A program made the position numbers and the translations under genes. Source: an uncultured Acidobacteriota bacterium (GTDB taxonomy: Bacteria; Acidobacteriota; Thermoanaerobaculia; Gp7-AA8). From it: 64,000 nucleotides of DNA. Shown in pieces: positions 18,256-27,138 of the stretch; the first letter of the stretch is position 1, and each line of letters starts with the position of its first letter. Where the stretch lies: assembly GCA_963822445.1 (NCBI GenBank), contig CAWGHO010000003.1:800001-864000 (forward strand). Direction: 5' to 3'. The notes under the pieces are model-generated. The model made no database searches, was not told the origin of the DNA, and saw only the letters and a list, made by a program, of their open reading frames with translations.

Positions 18256-20196
18256 GTGCGCGCTCACGTTCTCGCACTTCTGTTGTTGCTTTGCCTTGCC
18301 GCGTCTGCATTCGCGGAGTCGTCGGCTGAATTCGATGTACGCGTCGAGCGCGAGCTGGCGGCGGCCGATCCTGCTGCCGTTGCCGCCTGGCGAAGTGCGA
18401 ACGCCGCGCGCGAGGCCGGCAAGCATGCCGAGGCGATCCGGCTTTATGACGAAGTCCTCGGGCGCGTACCTGGGTTCTCGCATGCTCTCCGCCGCATGGC
18501 CGGAGTGGAGCTGGCGGCAGGCGATCGCGCGAGCGCGCTCACTCATGGCCGCATCGCCATGCAAATGGAAGAGTCGCCGGAGAACATCGCGTTTCTCGCT
18601 TTCGCGCTGGTAACAGTCCCGGATGGACAACAGCCGGCCGCGGATGAGCTCGAAAAAGCACAGCGCCTCTCAGCTCAGGCTGTGCGCATGAAAGGCGATG
18701 ACCCGTTCATGCACAGTGTTGCCGCGACGGTCGCTGTCGCCGGCAACGACCTTCAATCACTCCGTTCCTCGGTCCAACGGCTGGAGACTCTCGACGCGAA
18801 GTCCCCGCAGACTCACATGTTGCGCGCCATGGTTGCTGCCTCCGACGGCGATTGGGACGACGCTCGTGCGGCGCTCGATCGCGCTCGCGCGCTGGGCCTG
18901 CCGAAGGCGGCCTACGACGATCTGCTCGGCCAGTTCAACGCGGCGACGCCGTTTTACATCCGCTGGTGGAAGCCTGTGGCCATCGCCGTCGGTGCGTGGT
19001 TCGCGGTCTTTGCGCTGCTGCTCATCGCCGGCGCGGTTCTCAGTCAGATGGCCTTGCGCGCCGCGCGCGAGGTGCGATCGGACGGCACGGCCGCAGGGCT
19101 GAGCGGTGGCGTGCGTCGCGCGTATGCGGCCGTGCTGTCGCTCTGCTGCGGTTTCTATTACGCGTCCATTCCGATCGTGATGCTGCTCGTCGTCGCCGTG
19201 GCCGGTGCGCTGCTGTATGGGATTTTCGCGGTCGGCCGCATCCCGGTGAAGCTGGTCATCCTGATCGTGGTCATCGCCGCGGTCAGTCTCTGGTCGATCG
19301 TCAAGAGCCTGTTCATCAGGGTCAGGGACGAGGATCCGGGCGTGCGTCTCGATCTCGCGAAGGAGACCAGGCTGCGGGCGCTCCTGGACGACGTGGCGAA
19401 ACGGATCGGCACACGCGCCGTCGACAACGTTTACCTCACGCCGGGCACCGAGCTGGCGGTGATGGAGCGCGGCAAGCGGAAGTCGAAAGAGCGCTGCCTG
19501 ATTCTCGGCATCGCCGCGCTGGACGGGTTCGCGCTCCGGCCATTCAAAGCGGTTCTCGGGCACGAGTACGGCCACTTCACGAATCGCGATACGGCCGGAG
19601 GCGCGTTTGCGCTGGCGGTGCGGAACTCACTGCACGCGACGGCGATCGCTCTGATCAACGGCGGAGCGGCGGCGTGGTACAGCCCGGCGTGGCTGTTCGT
19701 GAACGGGTTCCATCGCGTGTTCATGCGCATCTCCCAGGGCGCATCGCGCCTGCAGGAAATCCTCGCCGACCGCTGGGCCGTGTCCGCGTATGGAGCGGAC
19801 GCGTTCGAGCGCGGTCTGAGGCACGTGGTCGAGCGGAGCGTCCGGTTCGACGCGCACGTCGGGGCGACGCTGAAAGAGGTCGTCGACCGTCAGGTGCCGC
19901 TCGCGAATCTGTATACCTACGCTCCGGCGGAACAGGCTGGCGATGTGGGTCAGGCCGTGGAAGAGGCGTTGAACACGCCCGCGTCGCCGTACGACAGCCA
20001 TCCCTCGCCGGCGGAACGGTTCACGCTCGTGCGCGCGCTGCCGCAGCGCTCGCGCCGCCTCGAGCCGGACGACGACGCGGAGGTGTGGTCGCTCTTCACC
20101 GATCCGGCGGGTCTGCAACATGCGATGACCGCGCAGGTGAGGGAGAACGTGAAGATGAATTACGGGGTGGAGGTTCTGGCGCCGGCAGTGGGATGA
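18256..20196 (+). CDS. TPR-containing M48 (HtpX-like) metalloprotease
   Basis: Signal peptide, TPR-like helices, TMs, HEYGH, QEILAD, DSHPS..ER. Confidence 0.85.
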   Translation: MRAHVLALLLLLCLAASAFAESSAEFDVRVERELAAADPAAVAAWRSANAAREAGKHAEAIRLYDEVLGRVPGFSHALRRMAGVELAAGDRASALTHGRIAMQMEESPENIAFLAFALVTVPDGQQPAADELEKAQRLSAQAVRMKGDDPFMHSVAATVAVAGNDLQSLRSSVQRLETLDAKSPQTHMLRAMVAASDGDWDDARAALDRARALGLPKAAYDDLLGQFNAATPFYIRWWKPVAIAVGAWFAVFALLLIAGAVLSQMALRAAREVRSDGTAAGLSGGVRRAYAAVLSLCCGFYYASIPIVMLLVVAVAGALLYGIFAVGRIPVKLVILIVVIAAVSLWSIVKSLFIRVRDEDPGVRLDLAKETRLRALLDDVAKRIGTRAVDNVYLTPGTELAVMERGKRKSKERCLILGIAALDGFALRPFKAVLGHEYGHFTNRDTAGGAFALAVRNSLHATAIALINGGAAAWYSPAWLFVNGFHRVFMRISQGASRLQEILADRWAVSAYGADAFERGLRHVVERSVRFDAHVGATLKEVVDRQVPLANLYTYAPAEQAGDVGQAVEEALNTPASPYDSHPSPAERFTLVRALPQRSRRLEPDDDAEVWSLFTDPAGLQHAMTAQVRENVKMNYGVEVLAPAVG

Positions 20197-21260
20197 AGCG
20201 CCGCCACGGACTCGTCGCCACGATCGTTCTCCTGCTGGCGGCGATCGCCGGGCCGCTGGTGTTGCTCGCGATCGGGCTGAGCACCACCGCGACCGGTTTC
20301 ATCGCCGGGATGCTGATGGCGGTCGTGCCGGTGCCGTTCTACATCGCCTTCGCGACCTGGGTCGATCGCTTCGAGCCGGAGCCTCCGCGCCTTCTGGCGT
20401 TCGCTTTCCTCTGGGGCGCGACGATCGCGGTGCTCTTCGCCATGATCTTCAACGGGATCGCCGGGGAGCTGTTCGGCGCGCAGCTGATGGCCACCGTCTC
20501 GGGGCCGATCGTCGAGGAGGTCGCCAAGGGCGCCGCGCTGCTTTTGCTGTTCGCCTGGCGCCGCGATGAATTCGACAACGTCACCGACGGCATCCTCTAC
20601 GCGGCCATGGTCGGTCTCGGCTTCGCCATGACCGAGAACATCCTCTATTACTCGAAGGCCGTCGCCGCGCAGGGCGGCGCGGGGGCGGTCTCGATCTTCT
20701 TCCTCCGCGGGATCATGTCCCCCTTCTCGCACCCGCTTTACACGAGCATGACCGGCATCGGCCTGGGCATCGCCCGCGAGAGCGATCGCCGCGACGTGAA
20801 GTTCTTCGCGCCGCTGGTCGGCCTGATCGGGGCGATCCTCCTGCATTCGGTCTGGAATCTCTCGGCCAGTTTCGGCGTGGTTTTCTTCGCGGCCTACATC
20901 TTCATCATGGCCCCGGCGCTGATCGGCGTGATCGTGGTGGCGATGTTCTCGCTGCGGCGCGAAGCGCGGATCATCCGGGACCATCTGGCGGACGTCGTGG
21001 CCGAGGAGGTGCTGAGTGCCGAGGATGTGATGGTGGTGACTTCGGTGCAGCGGCGGATTGCGGCGTCGGCGCGGGCGCTCACCGAAAGCGGATTCTCGAA
21101 GTGGCGCGCGCGACGGCGCTTTCACGCCTTGACCACGGAGCTGGCCTTTCACGCCTGGCGGGCGAAGAGGTTTCCGGAGGAGCATTCGGAGGAGCGGCGC
21201 GACCGCCTGGTGGCGGCGGTGAGGGAAGTGCGGGGGAGACTGGGATTGCGGGCGATGTAA
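20193..21260 (+). CDS. PrsW family intramembrane metalloprotease
   Basis: DRFEPEP, PIVEEVAKG, GFAMTENILY, SHPLYT, LHSVWN. ATGA overlap with the upstream gene. Confidence 0.9.
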   Translation: MKRRHGLVATIVLLLAAIAGPLVLLAIGLSTTATGFIAGMLMAVVPVPFYIAFATWVDRFEPEPPRLLAFAFLWGATIAVLFAMIFNGIAGELFGAQLMATVSGPIVEEVAKGAALLLLFAWRRDEFDNVTDGILYAAMVGLGFAMTENILYYSKAVAAQGGAGAVSIFFLRGIMSPFSHPLYTSMTGIGLGIARESDRRDVKFFAPLVGLIGAILLHSVWNLSASFGVVFFAAYIFIMAPALIGVIVVAMFSLRREARIIRDHLADVVAEEVLSAEDVMVVTSVQRRIAASARALTESGFSKWRARRRFHALTTELAFHAWRAKRFPEEHSEERRDRLVAAVREVRGRLGLRAM

Positions 21261-21278
21261 TTGCACAACAGCAGTCCC

Positions 21279-21557
21279 ATGAACAATTCAGGACTGGAAC
21301 CCGTCCTCATCAAAGCTATCGACAGTGTCGCCAAGAAGCTGAGCAAGGCCGAGCGGGCAGCCGAGAGCAAGGTCGCGCGGCTCCTCAATTACTGGAACGA
21401 GATGGACGAAGCCGACAAGGAGCAGGCCATCGGTATCGCCATCGCCACTGTGACCACCGCGGTGGGCGCGATCATGGCCATTCGCGGCAAGTCGAAGAAG
21501 CCGGTGAAGAGCGCCGGGAAGAAGCTGGTCAGGGCGATCGCGAAGAAGGTGGGGTAG
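21279..21557 (+). CDS. Hypothetical small protein with one hydrophobic segment and a Lys-rich tail
   Basis: Coding-like codon usage; fills the gap downstream of the PrsW gene. Confidence 0.6.
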   Translation: MNNSGLEPVLIKAIDSVAKKLSKAERAAESKVARLLNYWNEMDEADKEQAIGIAIATVTTAVGAIMAIRGKSKKPVKSAGKKLVRAIAKKVG

Positions 21558-21562
21558 GGAAC

Positions 21563-21640
21563 CGGGTTGCGGGGTTACGGGGTTACGGGGTTGCGGGGTT
21601 GGGTAACCCCGAAACCTCGTAACCCCGAAACCCCGTAACC
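21563..21640. repeat. Inverted tandem octamer arrays (GGGGTTRC)n ... (GWAACCCC)n
   Basis: About 5 units at 21563-21600 and about 5 reverse-complement units at 21605-21640. Confidence 0.92.
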
Positions 21641-21658
21641 AACGATTACACTTCCCGG

Positions 21659-22411
21659 ATGCGAAAACTGCTTCCGGTCGTTCTTCTGTGCGCGATCTCC
21701 GTCTACGCCGACAAACTTCCGCTCGGTAACCGGTTCGCCGTTGCCATCGAGGATGGCGATCTCGATGCGGTCAAGGCACTCATCGAAGAGGAGGGGGCGA
21801 AGGTCGACACGCCAATCGTGTACGGCGAGAGCTCGATCACGCCGCTGATGAAGGCCTCGTGGGACGGCGACCTGCCGATCGTCGAATACCTGCTCTCGAA
21901 AGGCGCGAACGTGAACGCGCGCGATACGCAATCGAAGGAGACCGCGCTCTCCAACGCCGTGAAGCGCGGGCACGTCGACATCGTCAAGACGCTCCTGGCG
22001 GCGAAGGCGGACGTCTCACTGCGGGACATGTTCGACTTCAACGTCTTCACCACCGCCGTCGCCGGCGGCAATCAGGAGATCGCCGGTCTGCTGCTCGACG
22101 CCGGCGCGAAGGTCAACGACGGAATGAGCGGTCTCACGCCGATGGCCTTCGCGGCCAGCAGCGGGAACACGGACATGATGCGCTTCCTCGCCGAGCGCGG
22201 CGCGGACGTGAACTACGGCGCGAAGACCGGCGAACAGACGGCTTTGATCAGCGCGATCGTCGGCGCGCAGATCGAGTCGGTGAAGACCCTCATCGAGCTG
22301 AAAGCGAACGTGAACACGAAGATGAAGGACGGCACGACGCCGCTGAAGATGGCCCAGAAGGGCGACCAGGAAGAGATCATCGCCCTGCTCGTGGCCGCGG
22401 GGGCGAAATGA
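21659..22411 (+). CDS. Exported ankyrin repeat protein
   Basis: Signal peptide and repeated TPL/TAL..A..G...V..LL..GA.VN. TACACT 6 nt before the ATG. Confidence 0.9.
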   Translation: MRKLLPVVLLCAISVYADKLPLGNRFAVAIEDGDLDAVKALIEEEGAKVDTPIVYGESSITPLMKASWDGDLPIVEYLLSKGANVNARDTQSKETALSNAVKRGHVDIVKTLLAAKADVSLRDMFDFNVFTTAVAGGNQEIAGLLLDAGAKVNDGMSGLTPMAFAASSGNTDMMRFLAERGADVNYGAKTGEQTALISAIVGAQIESVKTLIELKANVNTKMKDGTTPLKMAQKGDQEEIIALLVAAGAK

Positions 22412-23478
22412 AGCGCGCCGTTGCGGTGCTCCTGCTCGTCGCCGGATCGGCGTTCGCCGCGAGTGGCGGGAAGGCCAACGGCACGTTTATCGTCGGCGAG
22501 AACAGGAAGGCGCTGACGCATTCGTACGTCGTCGAAAAGAACGCGCTGTTGAAGATCGTGCTCGCCACGGGACCGCTCGATGAAGCGGCGATCTACGACG
22601 ACAAGGTGCTGCAAAACGCGGTCGCCGACGGGAAGCTCAGCGCGGTGGTCGTCAAGCTCGACGAAGATCGCGAGGCCGATTCGGCGTTCTTCTTCGATTC
22701 GGAATTGCCGGCCGGGCTCGAAGTGCGGCAGGTCGGCAAGTTCAAGCCGTGGAAGTCGCGCGACAAGATGCTCGCGGGGCGCGTCACGATGAACGACGAC
22801 GGGTACTCGTGGTCGTACGACGCCTCGTTCGAAGCGCCGATCGTCGTGCAGGTGCAGACGGTCGAACCGCTGGCTGCGAATGCGACGCCGGCGGAGCATG
22901 CGCTGTGGCGGCTGAAGCAGATGGAGATCGAGTACGACGAGGGCGGCTGGCGTCACGCGATCATCGACGGCAACGCTGACGCGGTCGCGCTCTTCCTTAC
23001 CGCGGGCATGCCTGTGGAGACAGGCGGCGCGCTGCGCGAGGCCGTGGATCGCGGGAAGACCGAGGTCGCGAAGCTTCTCATGAAGCATGGCGCGGATGTG
23101 AACAACAAGGATGCGTACGGACAGTCGCTGGTCATGACGGCGGTCTCGGGGAATCACCCGGGGATGCTCGAGGCGCTCGTCGCCGCAAAAGCGGATGTCA
23201 GCGCGCCGAATCAGTACCGCATCACGCCGCTCGCCGTGGCCGCGGAGCAGGGACTCCATGCCGTGAAAGCGCTCATCGCCGCGGGTGCGAAGGTGAATGC
23301 GCGGGACACGTCGGGAGGTACCGCGCTGTCGGTGGCCATTCTTCGCGGGTACAAGGAGATCGTCGAGACGCTGCTCGCGGCCAAGGCGGATGTGCAGCGC
23401 GACAAGGAGGATCTCCTCACGCTGGCCGCGGACAAGCCGGAGATCAAGGCGATGCTCGAGAAGGCGATGAAGAAGTGA
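22408..23478 (+). CDS. Exported protein with N-terminal beta-rich domain and C-terminal ankyrin repeats
   Basis: Start MKRAVAVLLL overlaps the previous stop. Ankyrin motifs in the C-terminal half. Confidence 0.88.
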   Translation: MKRAVAVLLLVAGSAFAASGGKANGTFIVGENRKALTHSYVVEKNALLKIVLATGPLDEAAIYDDKVLQNAVADGKLSAVVVKLDEDREADSAFFFDSELPAGLEVRQVGKFKPWKSRDKMLAGRVTMNDDGYSWSYDASFEAPIVVQVQTVEPLAANATPAEHALWRLKQMEIEYDEGGWRHAIIDGNADAVALFLTAGMPVETGGALREAVDRGKTEVAKLLMKHGADVNNKDAYGQSLVMTAVSGNHPGMLEALVAAKADVSAPNQYRITPLAVAAEQGLHAVKALIAAGAKVNARDTSGGTALSVAILRGYKEIVETLLAAKADVQRDKEDLLTLAADKPEIKAMLEKAMKK

Positions 23479-23572
23479 TGGAGTGCGGCGGCTCTGCCGC
23501 CGCTTTCCCATCGCGCCGGATGCGCGCTCGCGCGCGCTGTTAAAGCGGCGGCAGAGCCGCCGCACTCCATCA
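23476..23572. repeat. REP-like 31-bp perfect inverted repeat between convergent genes (possible bidirectional terminator)
   Basis: tgatggagtgcggcggctctgccgccgcttt (23476-23506) and its reverse complement (23542-23572). Confidence 0.9.
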
Positions 23573-24127
23573 AGGCCAGAGCCAGCCGAAGACGCCCGCC
23601 GTGAGCAGCGAGTAGATCAACCCATCGATCGTCGAGCGGATCGTCGTGCCGAGGTCGCGCTTGTACCAGATCCATATCGGCCAGAGCGCGACGGAGTGCG
23701 CGATGAAGGCCGTGGCCCCCGCGAAGCGGAAGACGTCGAGGTAGTTCGCGCCGGGCGGGAGGGCGCGGCTGGCGATGTACGCCGAGAAGATGCTCACGAT
23801 CACCAGGTGCACGAACCACAGCCCAAGCGTGCGGCCCATGAACGTCGAGCCGGGAGGCATGATCGTGAACAGCATCACCGGGCCGGCCTTCACCTTCTCC
23901 GCGAACTCCGGCGACTTCATCTCCTCCATCGACTTCGCGCGCGGCGTCATGTAGTCGCCCGGCGGGATGGCCAGCGGACGCACGAGATCGCGAAAGGTGT
24001 CGTCGTTCGGCACCGGACGGAAGTCGCCGGCATGCCACTTGGTCGCCATGTGGAGGATCGAGCTGGCCAGGAAAACGAGGACCGCGGAGCCGAGGATGGG
24101 GAGCCAGAGCGCAGTCATGGGCGTCAT
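23570..24127 (-). CDS. Conserved hypothetical 4-TM membrane protein
   Basis: Four hydrophobic helices; SD AGGAGG upstream. Confidence 0.8.
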   Translation of the reverse strand: MTPMTALWLPILGSAVLVFLASSILHMATKWHAGDFRPVPNDDTFRDLVRPLAIPPGDYMTPRAKSMEEMKSPEFAEKVKAGPVMLFTIMPPGSTFMGRTLGLWFVHLVIVSIFSAYIASRALPPGANYLDVFRFAGATAFIAHSVALWPIWIWYKRDLGTTIRSTIDGLIYSLLTAGVFGWLWP

Positions 24128-24164
24128 GGGGAGCCTCCTGTGAAGGGAAAGGTATCATCGCCGC

Positions 24165-26477
24165 GTGGTGATGATCGGTTCGCGGCTCGGCCCTTATGAA
24201 GTCATCGCCAGTATCGGCGCCGGGGGAATGGGCGAGGTGTGGCGGGCGCGCGACGAGCGTCTGCGGCGCGATGTCGCCATCAAAGTTCTACCCGAGGCCA
24301 TGATGCAGAGTGAGGAGGCGCGGGTGCGGTTCGAGCGGGAAGCGCGCGCGGTCGCGGCGCTCTCCCATCCCAACATCCTCGCCATCCACGACTTCGGGAC
24401 CGACGACGGCACGGTCTACGCCGTCATGGAGCTCCTCGAAGGATCCACCCTCCGCGAACGCCTCGGCCAGTACGAGCTCACCCTCGCCCGCGCGCTGGAA
24501 TGGGCCCATCAGATCGCCCAGGGTCTGGCCGCCGCGCACGAGCGGGGCATCGTTCATCGCGATCTCAAGCCGGAGAACATCTTCGTCACCCGCGACTCCG
24601 TGGTGAAGATCCTCGATTTCGGTCTGGCCCGTCTGGATGCGATGTTCACGGGCCACGTTGCCGATGCGGACACGATGATCGCGAAGACGCGGCCGGGCTC
24701 GATCATCGGAACGGTGGCCTACCTCTCGCCCGAACAGGCTCGCGGCGAGACCGCTGATGCGCGCTCGGACATCTTCGCCTTCGGCGCGGTCTTCTACGAG
24801 CTGCTCGGAGGGCGTCCTGCATTTCTGCGAGCGACGGCGGCGGATTCCATCGTGTCCATTCTCCGCGAGGAGCCGAAGCCGCTCGCCGATTCGGGAAGGA
24901 ACATCTCCGTCGAAGCGGAGGACATCCTCCGTCATTGTCTCGAGAAGAATCCCGACGACCGCTTCCGCTCGGCGCGCGATCTCGCGTTCTCGCTGCGCTT
25001 GGCCATGCGGTCCGGCTCGGGCGGCGGGACTTCCGACGCCGTCACACGCCAAACGCCGCGTCCCTCCGATTCCGGCCGGACCGGTCAGATCTCCATCGCC
25101 GTCCTTCCATTCCGCAACATCAGCCCCACGGCCGAAGCGGAGTACTTCAGCGACGGGATGACCGAAGAGATCATCAACTCCATCTCGAACATCCCCTCGC
25201 TGCACGTGGCCGCGCGAACGTCTTCCTTCGCGTTCAAAGGACGCGACGACGATGTGCGCAAGATCGGCCGCGAGCTCGGCGTGGGGATGGTCCTCGAAGG
25301 GAGCATCCGCCAGATCGGCTCGCGCCTTCGCGTGTCCGCGCAGCTGATCAATGTGGAGAGCGGCTATCAGGTCTGGAGCGATCGCTGGGATCGCGAGCTG
25401 GCCGATGTCTTCGCGGTGCAGGACGAGATCGCGCAGGCCATCGCCACGACGTTCAAGCTTCGCCTCGCGCAGACCGACGGAGGCGCGGCACCGGGGAAAA
25501 CGCAGAACGTCGAGGCCTACGACAGCTATCTCAAAGGCCGCTACCTCCTCGGCCGCCGCAAGATCGGCGACGCCATCGCCGAGCTGCAGTCGGCTGTCGA
25601 GACCGACCCCGATTTCGCCGATGCGCATACGGCACTGGCCGAGGCGTGGGCGATGCGCGGGTTCTACGGCGGCGTATCGACGTGGGAAGCGTGGGCGCGC
25701 GGACGTGCGGCCGCGGACGAGGCGGCGCGGCTCGCGCCGGAGTCGGCCGGCGTCGCGCTCTCGCAGGCGATCTTCGAGCACTACTACGGCTGGAACACAG
25801 CGCGCGAACAGGAGCTCTGCCGCCTGGCCATCGAGCGCAATCCGAAGTCCGCTGACGGCTGGAACTGGCTGGGCCTCTGCCTGGCGGTGAGCGGAAACAC
25901 GCGCGAGGCGCTCGACTACATGGCACGCGGCATCGAGCTGGAGCCGTACAACGCGAACGTGCGAACGTCGTCCGCGTGGGCGTCGCTTTACATTGGCGAT
26001 TACGAGACCGCCGCGAACGTGCTGGCGACGGCGATCGAGCTCGATCCGAACGCCGCCTACGCGCTCTGGACCTACGCCATCGTTCTGCGCTGCCTGGGCC
26101 GGTTCAGCGAATCGATCTCGATTCTCGAGTCGCTCGTGGAGCGGTCGGAGCGGAAATTGCCGCTTTACGTCGCGCTGCTGGGAGGCTCGCTGGCCGCGGC
26201 GGGCGAGCGTGCGAAGGCGGAGGAGATTCTCAACGAGCTGCACTCGCGACGGGAGCGCAATGAGTTCGTGGCCTCGCTGGACATGGCCACGGTTCTGACC
26301 GCGCTCGGGGATCACGATGCAGCACTCGATGCGCTGGAGGCCGCGCGCCAGGAGCGAAACGCGCTGACCTGGGCGCGGTTGTATTTCCCCGACTACATCG
26401 CGTTGCGCGGCGACCCGCGATGGCAGGCGCTGGCCCGGCGCCTCGGACGGACGGCGCCGGTGAATCTGCCTGTGTGA
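24165..26477 (+). CDS. Ser/Thr protein kinase with TolB-like and TPR domains
   Basis: GAGGMGEV, VAIK, HRDLKPEN, DFG, then SIAVLPFRN..YFSDG and TPRs. Confidence 0.95.
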   Translation: MVMIGSRLGPYEVIASIGAGGMGEVWRARDERLRRDVAIKVLPEAMMQSEEARVRFEREARAVAALSHPNILAIHDFGTDDGTVYAVMELLEGSTLRERLGQYELTLARALEWAHQIAQGLAAAHERGIVHRDLKPENIFVTRDSVVKILDFGLARLDAMFTGHVADADTMIAKTRPGSIIGTVAYLSPEQARGETADARSDIFAFGAVFYELLGGRPAFLRATAADSIVSILREEPKPLADSGRNISVEAEDILRHCLEKNPDDRFRSARDLAFSLRLAMRSGSGGGTSDAVTRQTPRPSDSGRTGQISIAVLPFRNISPTAEAEYFSDGMTEEIINSISNIPSLHVAARTSSFAFKGRDDDVRKIGRELGVGMVLEGSIRQIGSRLRVSAQLINVESGYQVWSDRWDRELADVFAVQDEIAQAIATTFKLRLAQTDGGAAPGKTQNVEAYDSYLKGRYLLGRRKIGDAIAELQSAVETDPDFADAHTALAEAWAMRGFYGGVSTWEAWARGRAAADEAARLAPESAGVALSQAIFEHYYGWNTAREQELCRLAIERNPKSADGWNWLGLCLAVSGNTREALDYMARGIELEPYNANVRTSSAWASLYIGDYETAANVLATAIELDPNAAYALWTYAIVLRCLGRFSESISILESLVERSERKLPLYVALLGGSLAAAGERAKAEEILNELHSRRERNEFVASLDMATVLTALGDHDAALDALEAARQERNALTWARLYFPDYIALRGDPRWQALARRLGRTAPVNLPV

Positions 26478-26484
26478 TGAAGAG

Positions 26485-26581
26485 GGGAGCGGCCGTCCCG
26501 GCCGCATCCGTCGGGCGTTTTCGCCCGATGGTTATCGCGGAGCGGGACGCTCCGCGAGTGCGGGCGGGACGCCCGCACTCC
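26485..26581. repeat. Composite REP-like element with four hairpins between convergent genes
   Basis: gcggccgtcccggccgc; tcgggcgttttcgcccga; tcgcggagcgggacgctccgcga; gcgggcgggacgcccgc. Confidence 0.75.
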
Positions 26582-26583
26582 GT

Positions 26584-27030
26584 TTACCGCTTGCGGCCCT
26601 TGCCTCGCAGCTCATCCCCCGACAGCACACCATCGTTGTTCCGATCGTGGTTGCGGAACGACTCATCGTTGCCGCGCCATTCGTTGCGCGTCACGAGGCC
26701 GTCGTCGTTGCGGTCCATCCCTTTGAAGCGCGAGCCGGCGTTCCGGCGGTCGCCGCGATTCCCGAGGACCTGGCGCGCCTCGGCCTGGGTGATGACGCCG
26801 TCCCGATTCAGATCGGCGCGATCGAACTGAGTCGGATCGCCGGGAAACTCCGAGCGGGAGATGGCGCCGTCGCGATTCGTGTCGAACTGCGCAAAGGTCT
26901 GCTGTTTGTTCCGTTTGATTGTCTCTTTCTGCTTGCCGTGCTCTTTATGGCCGTGGTTGGCGAGAGCAGCCGGGGCCGTAGCGACAAGCAGGGACAGGGC
27001 GGTGGCGGAGAGGATCTTCTTGGCGTTCAT
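26584..27030 (-). CDS. Secreted EF-hand calcium-binding protein
   Basis: Signal peptide and four DxNxDG loops (DTNRDG, DLNRDG, DRNDDG, DRNNDG). Confidence 0.88.
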   Translation of the reverse strand: MNAKKILSATALSLLVATAPAALANHGHKEHGKQKETIKRNKQQTFAQFDTNRDGAISRSEFPGDPTQFDRADLNRDGVITQAEARQVLGNRGDRRNAGSRFKGMDRNDDGLVTRNEWRGNDESFRNHDRNNDGVLSGDELRGKGRKR

Positions 27031-27138
27031 GGCAAATGTTATTTGCGGTATGGCTGCCATGACCGGAGTCATAAGAATCAGTGAGTTACGCGGATGAGCC
27101 GGGCAAGCTCTGTCCGGTTCCGAGGACGGCGGTGTCTG

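Noticed and set aside
16331-21640. Short repeat arrays as CRISPR
   Set aside because: Units are 7-8 nt, contiguous, have no unique spacers, and no cas genes are present.
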